From positions 124,001 to 188,000 of the forward strand of contig JABWCP010000004.1 in the NCBI GenBank assembly GCA_013360215.1: a DNA stretch of 64,000 bases, read 5' to 3'. Origin of the DNA: a bacterium (GTDB taxonomy: Bacteria; CLD3; SB21). A program made the position numbers and the translations under genes. Shown in pieces: positions 38,354-48,547 of the stretch. The notes beneath the pieces are model-generated. The model did not search any database, was not told the DNA's origin, and saw only the letters and a list, made by a program, of their open reading frames with translations. Positions within the stretch are counted from its first letter, which is position 1. Each line of letters opens with the position of its first letter.

Positions 38354-40186
38354 TTATTCTACAGTAACACTCTTAGCGAGGTTACGTGGTTGATCCACAT
38401 TGCATCCGCGAAGAACAGCCATATGATAAGACAAAAGCTGTAACGGGATCACGGATAAAATCGGAATCAGAAAATCCATCGTTTTAGGAATATAAATGAT
38501 ATGGTCCGCTTTGCTGCGGATATCGGTATTGCCTTCCGTTGTAATAGCAATAACTTTACCGCCGCGTGCACGCACTTCTTCGATATTACTGACAACCTTA
38601 TCGTATATGGCATCTTGTGGTGCGATAAAAACGATCGGCATTTCTTCGTCAATGAGTGCGATCGGCCCGTGTTTCATTTCTGCTGCCGGATAACCTTCGG
38701 CATGAATGTATGAAATTTCTTTTAGTTTGAGAGCGCCTTCCAAAGCCACCGGAAAATTATATCCGCGGCCAAGGTACAGGAAATTCCTACGATCTTTGTA
38801 CAATTCGGCAATTTCACGGATATAATCGCTGGCTTTGAGAATTTCTTTTACTTTTTCTGGCAACATATCCATTTCTTCGACGATTTGTTTACCTTCGGCG
38901 GAGGACATATTTCGCAATCGAGCCAAGAGCACAGTGATCAGCGCGATGACGGTAAGTTGGGAAGTAAATGCTTTGGTCGAAGCGACGCCAATTTCGGGAC
39001 CGGCGTGAATATAAACGCCGGCATCGGTTTCACGTGCGATCGAACTTCCGACCACATTACAAATACCGAATACGGCTGCGCCACGGCGTTTGGCTTCGCG
39101 CATAGCGGCGAGGGTATCGGCGGTTTCGCCTGATTGGCTGATCACAAAAACAACGGTCCCTTCTTCTACGATGGGATTGCGGTATCTAAATTCCGAAGCG
39201 TATTCTACTTCAACATTGATTCGCGCAAATTCTTCGATCATGTATTCTGCCGTCAAGGCTGCATGCCAACTGGTGCCGCATGCGATGAATACGATTTTTT
39301 TGGCTTTTTTGAGTGTGTCAATATGATCAACAAGACCGCCAAGTCGCGGCATGCCTTCCTCGGCGATCAGGCGACCGCGCATCGCATCACGGATCGTGTT
39401 TGGCTGTTCGAAAATTTCCTTGAGCATAAAATGCTCATAACCGGCTTTTTCGATCTGACTGATATCAAAAGTGATTTCTTCGACTTGTTTTTCGATAACC
39501 TTATTGTCCAAAGTTTTGACTTCGATACCCTGACGTGACAATACGGCCATTTCATTATCTTCCAGATATACGACTTGTCGTGTGTGTGCGACGATCGCGG
39601 AGGCATCGGAAGCCACGAGAAATTCTTCGTTGCCATAACCCAAAACTAGCGGGCTACCACAGCGGGCAACGATGATTTTTTCAGGTTCGTGACGGCACAT
39701 AAAAACAAAACCATACGCACCTTTGATGCAGTATATGGCTTCTCGTACAGCGGTTTCGAAATCCATACCGGATTTGTAAAATTCCTCGACGAGATGGATT
39801 ACTGTTTCTGTATCGGTTTCGGTTTTAAATGTATGACCTTTTTTCACAAGTTCGATTTTCAGAGACGCATAGTTTTCGATGATACCGTTATGTATGACCG
39901 CGAAATTATTGTCTTCATCAAAATGAGGATGGGCGTTCGTCTGATTTGGCACACCGTGCGTGGCCCAGCGTGTGTGCCCCATGCCGACGGTTGCATCAAA
40001 ATTAACACCGACCAAATCTTTTTCGAGTTCGTAAAGCTTGCCCGCTTGTTTACGTATTTGTAATGATTGATTTTCGACAAAACAAACGCCGGCCGAATCA
40101 TAACCGCGATATTCCATCCGTTTGAGGCCATTCATCACGATAGGCATGGCTTGACGTTTACCGATATAACCTATAATCCCGCACAT
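38354..40186 (-). CDS. glmS: Glutamine--fructose-6-phosphate aminotransferase
   Basis: MCGIIG, EYRGYDSAG, GHTRWATHG, SQSGETADT, PRNLAKSVTVE. Confidence 0.98.
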   Translation of the reverse strand: MCGIIGYIGKRQAMPIVMNGLKRMEYRGYDSAGVCFVENQSLQIRKQAGKLYELEKDLVGVNFDATVGMGHTRWATHGVPNQTNAHPHFDEDNNFAVIHNGIIENYASLKIELVKKGHTFKTETDTETVIHLVEEFYKSGMDFETAVREAIYCIKGAYGFVFMCRHEPEKIIVARCGSPLVLGYGNEEFLVASDASAIVAHTRQVVYLEDNEMAVLSRQGIEVKTLDNKVIEKQVEEITFDISQIEKAGYEHFMLKEIFEQPNTIRDAMRGRLIAEEGMPRLGGLVDHIDTLKKAKKIVFIACGTSWHAALTAEYMIEEFARINVEVEYASEFRYRNPIVEEGTVVFVISQSGETADTLAAMREAKRRGAAVFGICNVVGSSIARETDAGVYIHAGPEIGVASTKAFTSQLTVIALITVLLARLRNMSSAEGKQIVEEMDMLPEKVKEILKASDYIREIAELYKDRRNFLYLGRGYNFPVALEGALKLKEISYIHAEGYPAAEMKHGPIALIDEEMPIVFIAPQDAIYDKVVSNIEEVRARGGKVIAITTEGNTDIRSKADHIIYIPKTMDFLIPILSVIPLQLLSYHMAVLRGCNVDQPRNLAKSVTVE

Positions 40187-40209
40187 AAATCCTCCAAAAT
40201 TTGAGCCCC

Positions 40210-40238
40210 ATGATAGTAAAATAGGCTCGTTTTAGCAA
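40210..40238 (-). promoter_or_regulatory. Sigma70-like promoter for glmS
   Basis: Minus strand TTGCTA-17 nt-TATCAT just upstream of the GGAGG RBS. Confidence 0.5.
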
Positions 40239-40304
40239 GGTTTTTGGGTTTGAATAACAACTCGTTTTTTTCGTTGTAACAATACGACCAAGTCAACAAA
40301 ATTC

Positions 40305-40333
40305 TTGTCAAAACTCTTTGTATAACATATATT
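40305..40333 (+). promoter_or_regulatory. Sigma70-like promoter for relA/spoT
   Basis: TTGTCA-17 nt-TATATT. Confidence 0.5.
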
Positions 40334-40401
40334 TATAAATCAGTTTGCGTTATAGGTTAAAACCTAAGAGCCATTCTTGAAGCTAAGCCAAAATTAATCA
40401 T

Positions 40402-42669
40402 ATGATCGAAACCCAAACAAAAAAGAACGGAAACGCCGCATTGAACTTGTTTCAAGAACAAGGCACGACTGCACCTATTGTACGTGATAAGGCACATTAC
40501 GATCATATTTTTGAAGAAGCTCTGAATTCTTACAAATCTTATATTCGTATACCGGATACCGAAACACTGCGTAAAGCTTACGAATACAGTTATCTTTCAC
40601 ACTTGGGGCAATTCCGTAAATCCGGTTTACCGTATTTTGATCACATCATCGAAGTGGTCAAAATTTTGATCGAACAAAATATGGATACGGTGACTTTGGT
40701 CGCGGCTTTTTTGCATGATGTCATAGAAGATACAGGAAAAACCTACGATGATATTGCCAAAGAATTTGGCAATGATGTCGCCGGTATTGTTGACGGATTG
40801 ACTAAAATCGCAGGTTTTGAATTCGGCAGTTTGGAAATAAAACAAGCCGAGAATTTCCGCAAAATGCTTCTTTCGATGATCAAAGATATTCGTGTGATCA
40901 TCATCAAGTTTGCTGATCGTATTCACAATATGCGCACAATCGACTCCCTGCCGCGCAAAAAACAAGAGCGCATTGCGACGGAAACGCGCGACGTGTATGC
41001 TCCGCTGGCTCATCGTTTTGGTATGGCTCGTACGCGATGGGAATTGGAAGATCTCGTGCTCAAAGTCTTGGATCCGGAATCGTATTGGGAGTTATCACGT
41101 CTAGTCAGCGAAAAAAGAACGGAACGCGAATTTTATATTCAGTCCGTGGCCAAACCGCTTATCGAAAAGCTCAAAGATAACGGAGTCGAAGCGCAAATCA
41201 TCGGCCGGCCCAAACACTTTTTCAGTATTTATAATAAAATGAAAAAGCGTAACAAGCCGTTTAACGAAATTTACGACTTGCTTGCCATCCGTATTATGGT
41301 TCAAGAAAAAACGGATTGTTATCGCGCTTTGGGTTTTGTTCACAGCACATACACGCCGGTTACTGAACGATTCAAAGATTATGTTGCCGTTCCTAAAATC
41401 AATGGCTACCAATCTATCCACACAACCGTGATCGGACCCGACGGTAAGATGGTGGAAATACAAATTCGCACACACGAGATGCATCAGATAGCCGAAGAAG
41501 GTATAGCTGCGCACTGGCTGTACAAAGAAGGCAAAAATCAGATGGATCAGATTGATAAACAGATCGGATGGATTCGGCAGTTAATCGAACGCCAGCGTGA
41601 CCAGTCGGATCCGGGTGAATTTCTCGAAGATCTCAAAATTGACTTATTTCAGGACGAAGTTTTTGTTTTTACGCCCAAAGGTGATCTTATTCCTTTACCC
41701 AAAGGTTCTACGCCGATAGATTTTGCTTTTGCTGTGCACTCGGAAGTAGGGTTGCATTGTATCGGAGCCAAAGTCAACGGCAAGATCGTGCCTTTGCATA
41801 CCGAGCTGCGCAGCGGTGAACTTATTGAAATTCTCACCTCTGAACATCAATCGCCAAGCACGCATTGGCTGGAAATCGTCAAATCATCCAAAGCACGCAG
41901 CCACATCAAACGCTATTTTCGTAATATTGAGATCGAACAGAGCATCGTTCTTGGTAAAGATCTTCTTGAGCAGGAATTGCGCTTAGTACAACTGCGCAAG
42001 CCGTTTGCAGACTACGTGGATGATTTAGTCAAAATGGCTACGGAACTGACATTTGAAAATCTGGATATGATGCTTTCATCCATAGGGCGTGGCAATACCT
42101 CTGCACAAAGTATCGCGCAACGCTTAGCGCAAAAAAATATAGCTCCGGAAAAACCTCAGGAAAGCAGTTCGTTTTTTAAACGCTTTATCAAACGCAGTTC
42201 TTCGGAATCCAAAGGCATTGCCATCAGCGGTGTTGACAATATGATGATTCATTTTGCCAAATGCTGTAATCCGATACCAGGCGATCAGATTATGGGTTAT
42301 GTCACGCGCGGGCGCGGTGTACATTTGCACCGCAATGACTGTCACAATATACTGGATGCCGTCAAAAAAGAACCCGAACGCGCGTTAGCGGCCAAATGGC
42401 AAGTAGATGAAACCAAAAACTTCAACGTTCAGATACGTGTCGTAGGGCGCGATCGTAAAAACTTTCTTGTGGATGTAGCGCAAAAAATATCCTCCACGGA
42501 TACCAATATCGTCAGCGCGGAGGTACGTACGACGGGAAACGAAACCGTACATCTTTTTGTATTACAAGTTCGGAATATCGCACATCTGAATATGATACTC
42601 GACAAAATACGGCGCGTGCCCAATGTCATCACAGCATCGCGAGCGGATACGAGCGGCGTAGCCAACTGA
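40402..42669 (+). CDS. spoT: Bifunctional (p)ppGpp synthetase/hydrolase (Rel/SpoT)
   Basis: LHDVIED hydrolase motif, RFKDY, NGYQSIHT, EIQIRT, TGS (FTPKG, DFAFAVH), CCNPIPGD, ACT domain. Confidence 0.95.
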   Translation: MIETQTKKNGNAALNLFQEQGTTAPIVRDKAHYDHIFEEALNSYKSYIRIPDTETLRKAYEYSYLSHLGQFRKSGLPYFDHIIEVVKILIEQNMDTVTLVAAFLHDVIEDTGKTYDDIAKEFGNDVAGIVDGLTKIAGFEFGSLEIKQAENFRKMLLSMIKDIRVIIIKFADRIHNMRTIDSLPRKKQERIATETRDVYAPLAHRFGMARTRWELEDLVLKVLDPESYWELSRLVSEKRTEREFYIQSVAKPLIEKLKDNGVEAQIIGRPKHFFSIYNKMKKRNKPFNEIYDLLAIRIMVQEKTDCYRALGFVHSTYTPVTERFKDYVAVPKINGYQSIHTTVIGPDGKMVEIQIRTHEMHQIAEEGIAAHWLYKEGKNQMDQIDKQIGWIRQLIERQRDQSDPGEFLEDLKIDLFQDEVFVFTPKGDLIPLPKGSTPIDFAFAVHSEVGLHCIGAKVNGKIVPLHTELRSGELIEILTSEHQSPSTHWLEIVKSSKARSHIKRYFRNIEIEQSIVLGKDLLEQELRLVQLRKPFADYVDDLVKMATELTFENLDMMLSSIGRGNTSAQSIAQRLAQKNIAPEKPQESSSFFKRFIKRSSSESKGIAISGVDNMMIHFAKCCNPIPGDQIMGYVTRGRGVHLHRNDCHNILDAVKKEPERALAAKWQVDETKNFNVQIRVVGRDRKNFLVDVAQKISSTDTNIVSAEVRTTGNETVHLFVLQVRNIAHLNMILDKIRRVPNVITASRADTSGVAN

Positions 42670-42689
42670 ATAACGGATTGTCAAAAGGA

Positions 42690-43451
42690 ATGAAAATACA
42701 ATTTTTAGGAACGGGCACTTCGCATGGTGTGCCGATGATCGGTTGTACCTGTGCGGTATGTGCATCGGAAAATCCGTATAATAAAAGATTGCGCACCTCT
42801 GTGATCGTCGAAGTAAAAGAGAAAAAAATATTAATAGATACATCGATAGATTTACGGCAACAAGCGCTTTTACACCGTATTCATCATGTAGATGCCGTAC
42901 TTTTTACGCATCATCATGTGGATCATATTTTCGGGCTTGATGAGACCCGCTCATTTAACCGATTACAAAAGAAAAGGCTCCCGTGTTATGCCGGAGCATA
43001 CACGATCGAGCAGATGAAAAAAGTTTTTTCCTATATTTTTGAATATCCTGATATTCCCGGCGGAATACCGATGATTGATTTTATACCGGTAGATAAACCT
43101 TTCACCATCGAAGACGTCCAAATCATACCCATCACTGTGATGCACGGAAAGTTACCGATTTACGCCTATCGCATCGGTGATTTTATATATGCAACCGATT
43201 GTTCGGGGATCCCGGAAGCATCGTGGGACTATTTTCACAACGCTGAAGTTTTGGTTCTGGATTGTTTGCGCTACAGGCCGCACCCCACTCATTTTAATGT
43301 AGAGCAAGCGGTCGAAGCCGCACGAAAGATCGGTGCCAAACAAACATACTTTACACATATTTCACATGAATTGGATCATGATACTGTGAATGCCACGTTA
43401 CCAGAAAACATCAAATTAGCTTACGATGGTATGATTGTTGAGAGTAATTAG
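42690..43451 (+). CDS. MBL-fold metallohydrolase (PhnP-like)
   Basis: FLGTGTSHGVPMIGC.CAVC, THHHVDH, HPTH, THISH, LAYDG. Confidence 0.88.
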   Translation: MKIQFLGTGTSHGVPMIGCTCAVCASENPYNKRLRTSVIVEVKEKKILIDTSIDLRQQALLHRIHHVDAVLFTHHHVDHIFGLDETRSFNRLQKKRLPCYAGAYTIEQMKKVFSYIFEYPDIPGGIPMIDFIPVDKPFTIEDVQIIPITVMHGKLPIYAYRIGDFIYATDCSGIPEASWDYFHNAEVLVLDCLRYRPHPTHFNVEQAVEAARKIGAKQTYFTHISHELDHDTVNATLPENIKLAYDGMIVESN

Positions 43452-43461
43452 AAAGAGAAGT

Positions 43462-45822
43462 ATGCGCAAAATTTTTTTTCTTGTTCCTTTTTTCTTGATT
43501 CTGCAAAGCTGTGCGTTTTTTAATACATTTTATAACGCCCGGAAAAGTTATAAATTAGGCAAAGAAAGCGTTGAACGTTCTTCGCGTACATCACGGGAAG
43601 CACCCTCCAATACTCCGGAAATGAAGTTGGGTTTTTTTGATTCGGAACCGGATAACATACCGGGCGATGCCAAAACCGCTTTTGATATCTCTATAGAAAA
43701 AGCCAATAAGGTCGTCGTGCTTCATCCGACAAGCGGATGGGTGGATGATGCACTCTTGCTGCTCGGCAAATCCTATTATTTGCGTTCCGGTGAAGGGGAT
43801 TATCTTGAAGCTAAAAACCGCTTTGAAGTACTGATGACACGGTTTCCCGCGTCCGAACTGATATCGGAAGCAAAACTTTGGTACGGTAAAACATTATTCA
43901 AACTTCAGCAGTTTCAGGAAGCACAGGAAATTCTTCGCCCGATCGAAGCGCTCAATACAACGGAAGACATACGTGCCGAAGCCAACTTAATACTGGGCGA
44001 TATTGCGCTTCTTGATGAGAACCTCAACGTGGCGAAGGCTTATTATGCACAGGCTCAGAAGCTCGCTAAAGATGACAATCTACGCAAAACGACGTTGTAT
44101 AAATCAGCTTACTGTTTTTACAAAGATCAAAAGTTTTCAGAGTGCGCAGAATTTCTAAATAAACTGTTGCAAAAAAACCTATCTCTTTCCGAACGCTTCG
44201 AAATGCTTGTTTTCCGATCACGGGCGCTAAAGATGGTCGGCCAGTATAAAACAGCCATTGATCATTTAGATAAAATCTTAGGTGATCCAAAGTATAAAAC
44301 ATACTTTGCGCGGGCCGAGTTTGAAATTGCCGATATTTTACGTACGCAGGGTCGTTCAAGCGATGCCGAGAAGCAGTTTCTTTTCATAGTCAATACTTAT
44401 GCTACGGCCCCGGTTGGGGATTGTTATTACATGTTGGGGTTGTTGCATGACACGACACAAACGAGACCGTCGGTCGATTTCACTCCCGATCATAATCGTG
44501 CAATGAAATTTTATACGTTGGTTCGTAACAAATATGCTTCGTCGTACTATGCATCAGCGGCCGTTGCCCGATTGACATTTTTTGAAAAAATGAATGTGCT
44601 CAAAGGCGTTTTGTATGCCAATCGGTATTTAGTCGAAATCATCGAAAGTCGTATGAAAGCATTGGAATCAGGCGATACAACGACTTTTGTGCCGGATGAA
44701 TTTCTAGTGCAGTTGGTCAAACTAGATACTAGTACACAAACTAACGTACCTGAAGAAAAGGACAAGATAGAAACTGTAACAGATAAAACAGAGCAAGACC
44801 TTAAGACGATCAATATGGTATCAACGGAATTGACCGATAAACAAAACGAAATCAATTCCGATATTTTTTCGCTCGTTGAGTTAACTCATAGAGATAGTTT
44901 GTTGAGTTTCCGAAAAAAAGTTAATGAACGATTAGCTGAGTATCATATTTTACTAGCAGAATATTATGCTAACGAGCTGCATTTATATGATTCCTCATTA
45001 GCTTATTATACGATAGTGACAGAATCACTAAAAGGAACAACCAGCGAAGAGATCGCATATTACGGTTTGGCGCGCATACATCAAATCAAAGGGTTTCCAA
45101 ATTATCTGTCGTTGTATAAAGAGGTATATGAGAAATTTCCCAACGGCGTCATGTCTAAAACAGGGGAAAGTATTCTCGGATTGAAGGCTGCAAATGCAGA
45201 TCGTTATGATGATGTTTTTGAGGAAGCGCAAATGCTGATGGTGTCCGACACGCAATGGGAAAAAGCCGCTGATTTATTTCAATCCATTGCACGAAGCGAT
45301 TCGACCAAACATAAATGGCCCTCGGTTTATGCGATGGGTTTATTGGAAGAAAAGAAAAAAAACAATCCGCAAAAGGCTTTTCTGTACTATAACACTTTAT
45401 TGTACGGTGCACCATCATGGCCGTCTGCCGAAAAGTTGCGACAGAAAGTGAACGCCTACAAAAAAGCGTGGAATATTCAAAATGATTCGGCCGGTTATAC
45501 GATTGACACGACATTGATCCGTTGGCAACGTGAAATGAGCGTGACGCAAATTGATCAAAAAACTGATTCCATCAGAACACGCCAAGAAATTGGTAAAAAC
45601 AGCATATCGATCACGACTGAATCTGCGAGTATAGATACCAGTCGTTTACAAATGACTGACTCCGAACTCGAAGAATTTGAATTCCTTTTAAAAAAGAAAT
45701 CCGGAACGGATTCTACGAAAGTTGGGAAAAAACTTAAACCCGATGAGTCGCTAAAGAACAAAAAACAGCGTCGGATCAAAGAAGACGAGTCGGATGCGAC
45801 ACCGATCATCAAAGAGGAATAA
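43462..45822 (+). CDS. TPR lipoprotein, PorW/SprE-like
   Basis: Lipobox LQS|C followed by AFFNTFYNA; SIEKANKVV..HP.SGWVDDALLLLGKSYY; many TPR units. Confidence 0.6.
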   Translation: MRKIFFLVPFFLILQSCAFFNTFYNARKSYKLGKESVERSSRTSREAPSNTPEMKLGFFDSEPDNIPGDAKTAFDISIEKANKVVVLHPTSGWVDDALLLLGKSYYLRSGEGDYLEAKNRFEVLMTRFPASELISEAKLWYGKTLFKLQQFQEAQEILRPIEALNTTEDIRAEANLILGDIALLDENLNVAKAYYAQAQKLAKDDNLRKTTLYKSAYCFYKDQKFSECAEFLNKLLQKNLSLSERFEMLVFRSRALKMVGQYKTAIDHLDKILGDPKYKTYFARAEFEIADILRTQGRSSDAEKQFLFIVNTYATAPVGDCYYMLGLLHDTTQTRPSVDFTPDHNRAMKFYTLVRNKYASSYYASAAVARLTFFEKMNVLKGVLYANRYLVEIIESRMKALESGDTTTFVPDEFLVQLVKLDTSTQTNVPEEKDKIETVTDKTEQDLKTINMVSTELTDKQNEINSDIFSLVELTHRDSLLSFRKKVNERLAEYHILLAEYYANELHLYDSSLAYYTIVTESLKGTTSEEIAYYGLARIHQIKGFPNYLSLYKEVYEKFPNGVMSKTGESILGLKAANADRYDDVFEEAQMLMVSDTQWEKAADLFQSIARSDSTKHKWPSVYAMGLLEEKKKNNPQKAFLYYNTLLYGAPSWPSAEKLRQKVNAYKKAWNIQNDSAGYTIDTTLIRWQREMSVTQIDQKTDSIRTRQEIGKNSISITTESASIDTSRLQMTDSELEEFEFLLKKKSGTDSTKVGKKLKPDESLKNKKQRRIKEDESDATPIIKEE

Positions 45823-46247
45823 TGCGTTATACTGTTTTGCTGCTAATTTTTTTGCTATTCATATACGCGTGTGTGCCCAATCCGCAGTATGGCACGGTTG
45901 CGTCGCGAACACGGGGTGAAATTCCGGGGAAAGAAATAATAAAAAAAGGGTATCAGACCGGCGTCGCGTCATATTATGCACATAAATTTCACGGCAGAAA
46001 GACAGCTAATGGTGAAATTTTTGATATGTATAAACTAACCGCGGCACATCGTACGCTGCCATTTAACACGTTAGTCAAAGTAACCAATTTAAAAAACAAC
46101 AAAACGATCCAAGTTCGTATCAATGACCGCGGCCCTTTTGCTAAAGACCGGATTATTGATCTATCGCTGGCGGCCGCGCAAAAAATAGACATGATCGGTA
46201 GCGGGACAGCTGAAGTAAGGCTCGATATTATCAAAGAAGGTCCATAA
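45822..46247 (+). CDS. rlpA: RlpA-family lytic transglycosylase lipoprotein (DPBB domain only)
   Basis: GVASYY, TANGE, TAAHRTLP, VRINDRGPF, RIIDLS. Confidence 0.92.
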   Translation: MRYTVLLLIFLLFIYACVPNPQYGTVASRTRGEIPGKEIIKKGYQTGVASYYAHKFHGRKTANGEIFDMYKLTAAHRTLPFNTLVKVTNLKNNKTIQVRINDRGPFAKDRIIDLSLAAAQKIDMIGSGTAEVRLDIIKEGP

Positions 46248-46267
46248 AACCATCGGAGGAAATCACC

Positions 46268-46972
46268 GTGTTAGGACAAGCGCCATTTGCCGTCGCGTCG
46301 CTAATGTTGATCAATTTTGCGTTGACCTTGATTTTCTTTTTTCGATCTGTGCGTTACTCGGAAGCCGGTCGATCTTCTTCACTGCGCTTTACGGTTTTCT
46401 TTGTAGTTTTTTTGTGGGTGTTGTTGCAGGCTGTTCTGAGTTACATCGGTTTTTATACCCAATTTTCGGCGTTTCCTCCGCGATTGATACTTACCGGGGT
46501 TGGCCCTGCGGTTATTACGGTTTTGGTTTTTCTTACAATACCATCATTGCGAAATATAATTAACGGATTTCGATTAGAAGATTTGATTTTGTTAAGTGTG
46601 GTACGCATACCGGTTGAAATCATGTTACACCAGTTGTTTACAGCCGGATTGGTTCCGGAAGATATGACATACACCGGATTAAACTGGGATATCGTTTCCG
46701 GTATTACAGCGCCGGTGATGATGTGGGTTGCGAGAAAAAATTTCACATGGTCGCGTAGTGTTTTGATCGTTTGGCATGTACTCACTTTGGGATTACTGAT
46801 AAATATCGTGTCCATAGCGATTTTATCAGCGCCTTTTCCGTTTCAGCAAATCAATTTTGATCAGCCCAATATCGCTGTATTTTCATTTCCTTTTGTTTTT
46901 CTTCCGACATTTATTGTTCCGATGGTATTATGGGCTACGTTGACGGGGTTAGTGAAGTTATATAAATCATAG
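46268..46972 (+). CDS. Integral membrane hypothetical protein
   Basis: GGAGG RBS with GTG start; about seven hydrophobic segments; RIPVE, NWDIVSG, LPTFIVP. Confidence 0.65.
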   Translation: MLGQAPFAVASLMLINFALTLIFFFRSVRYSEAGRSSSLRFTVFFVVFLWVLLQAVLSYIGFYTQFSAFPPRLILTGVGPAVITVLVFLTIPSLRNIINGFRLEDLILLSVVRIPVEIMLHQLFTAGLVPEDMTYTGLNWDIVSGITAPVMMWVARKNFTWSRSVLIVWHVLTLGLLINIVSIAILSAPFPFQQINFDQPNIAVFSFPFVFLPTFIVPMVLWATLTGLVKLYKS

Positions 46973-46984
46973 TACGTTCTTATT

Positions 46985-47722
46985 ATGATCGACAATAATT
47001 CATTCGACATACCCAAAAAAGAAGTTGAGGATGCGCCCATCTATGATCCGGTAGCGGATATGTATGAAGCGACATTTGAGGATTTTACGGTGCGTGCCAG
47101 AGAATGGGAGTGGATAACAAATAAAATAAAGGCAACAAGCGGCGCAAAGTCTTTATTAGAAATCGGTTGCGGCAATGGTGCAATGATGTATCGTTTGGCG
47201 CCATATACAGCCTATGCTGTCGGTATAGATGTTTCATCTCGGCTATTGTCTTATGCGCGAAAGCGAAATTCAAATTATTTACATGTCAATTTTATTGAAA
47301 CGACATCATCTCATATTCCAATACAGGATCACTCTTTTGATTTAATCGTATCCGTTCTTTCCTGGCGTTACCTAAACTGGCAAGAAACGGCAAAAGAAAT
47401 TAAAAGATTATTGAAGCCGGGGGGTAAATTTCTGCTAGTAGACATGTGTAGGCAAAGCCAAAAATCCTTTAAGTTCATGCGTTTTGCCAAAGAAAAAACA
47501 CAATTTCTTTTGGGTGTGTTACGCTATCCGAGGCATCATAAAAACCTTCGTTCGATGGTACGATCACTAGAGTGGAAGCAACTGATCCAAAAAAATCCGC
47601 CAAAAACGAAAGATGAATACGAACAATTCTTCAAAACGAATTTCGTGGACATAAACATGGAAATACTGAGCTACGGTTGGAATCACGAGATCGTCGCAAT
47701 AACAGCCGATCACAGATCATGA
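46985..47722 (+). CDS. Class I SAM-dependent methyltransferase
   Basis: LLEIGCGNG, GIDVS, SFDLIVS, LLKPGGKF. Confidence 0.85.
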   Translation: MIDNNSFDIPKKEVEDAPIYDPVADMYEATFEDFTVRAREWEWITNKIKATSGAKSLLEIGCGNGAMMYRLAPYTAYAVGIDVSSRLLSYARKRNSNYLHVNFIETTSSHIPIQDHSFDLIVSVLSWRYLNWQETAKEIKRLLKPGGKFLLVDMCRQSQKSFKFMRFAKEKTQFLLGVLRYPRHHKNLRSMVRSLEWKQLIQKNPPKTKDEYEQFFKTNFVDINMEILSYGWNHEIVAITADHRS

Positions 47723-48522
47723 AACAGAACCGAGATATTCGATTTCCTAAAGTGGCCATTATAGATTGGGGTATAGGCGGTATTTCGTTTTATCGGATTC
47801 TCAAAGCGCATTATACAACTCTACCTGTTGTTTATTTTTCGGATTCCGGCACCACACCTTACGGCAAACAATCACGAAGCCAACTTCGCTCGCGGCTAAT
47901 CAATATAATTCATTATCTCAGTAATAGAGGAACGGGATATTTGGTCGTTGCATGCAATGCTATGAGTACCGTTCTGCCGCAGATTGAAAACAAGAACCTA
48001 CCGAAAAACTTCAGACTTACAGGTGTTATTACCCATACGATCAAAACATTACAATCTCAGCAACGATTGCATCGTATCGGTATTGTCGGAGGGATCCGAA
48101 CTATCCGATCCAGGGCATATCAAAAACCGTTTATTTATTCCAATCAAAAAATAATTCAACGTATCGCACAACCAGTATCCGCAATGATCGAAAGCGGTAA
48201 AATGAGAACGATTGGGTTTGATAAAACTCTTGATCGTATCGTACAGCCTCTAAATAAATGTGACGCACTGGTTTTGGCTTGTACACATTATACAGCGGCG
48301 TCTGAGATATTTGAAAAAAAAATGCCTTCGGTAAAAATAATTGACCCGTGCGAATCCACTTTTCGTTTTGTGGATCAATCTTGGAAATTGAAATATATAC
48401 AGGAAAACCGACGAGCGGATGTTTTTCTGACAACCGGAGATCCTAAAAAAACTCGGGAATCCATTCAAAAGGCGTTTTCAATAAACACAGGTGCGTTTCA
48501 AAAAATTCCGTTAAACCTATAA
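47719..48522 (+). CDS. Asp/Glu racemase-family protein (divergent MurI-like)
   Basis: DWGIGG, PYGKQS, VACNAMS, LACTHY; ATGA overlap with the upstream gene. Confidence 0.8.
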   Translation: MKQNRDIRFPKVAIIDWGIGGISFYRILKAHYTTLPVVYFSDSGTTPYGKQSRSQLRSRLINIIHYLSNRGTGYLVVACNAMSTVLPQIENKNLPKNFRLTGVITHTIKTLQSQQRLHRIGIVGGIRTIRSRAYQKPFIYSNQKIIQRIAQPVSAMIESGKMRTIGFDKTLDRIVQPLNKCDALVLACTHYTAASEIFEKKMPSVKIIDPCESTFRFVDQSWKLKYIQENRRADVFLTTGDPKKTRESIQKAFSINTGAFQKIPLNL

Positions 48523-48547
48523 AACAGAAATTTGCATTTAAGTTTAT

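Noticed and set aside
40187-40401. glmS ribozyme upstream of glmS
   Set aside because: No recognisable ribozyme core, and the likely promoter sits about 25 nt from the start codon, leaving no room.
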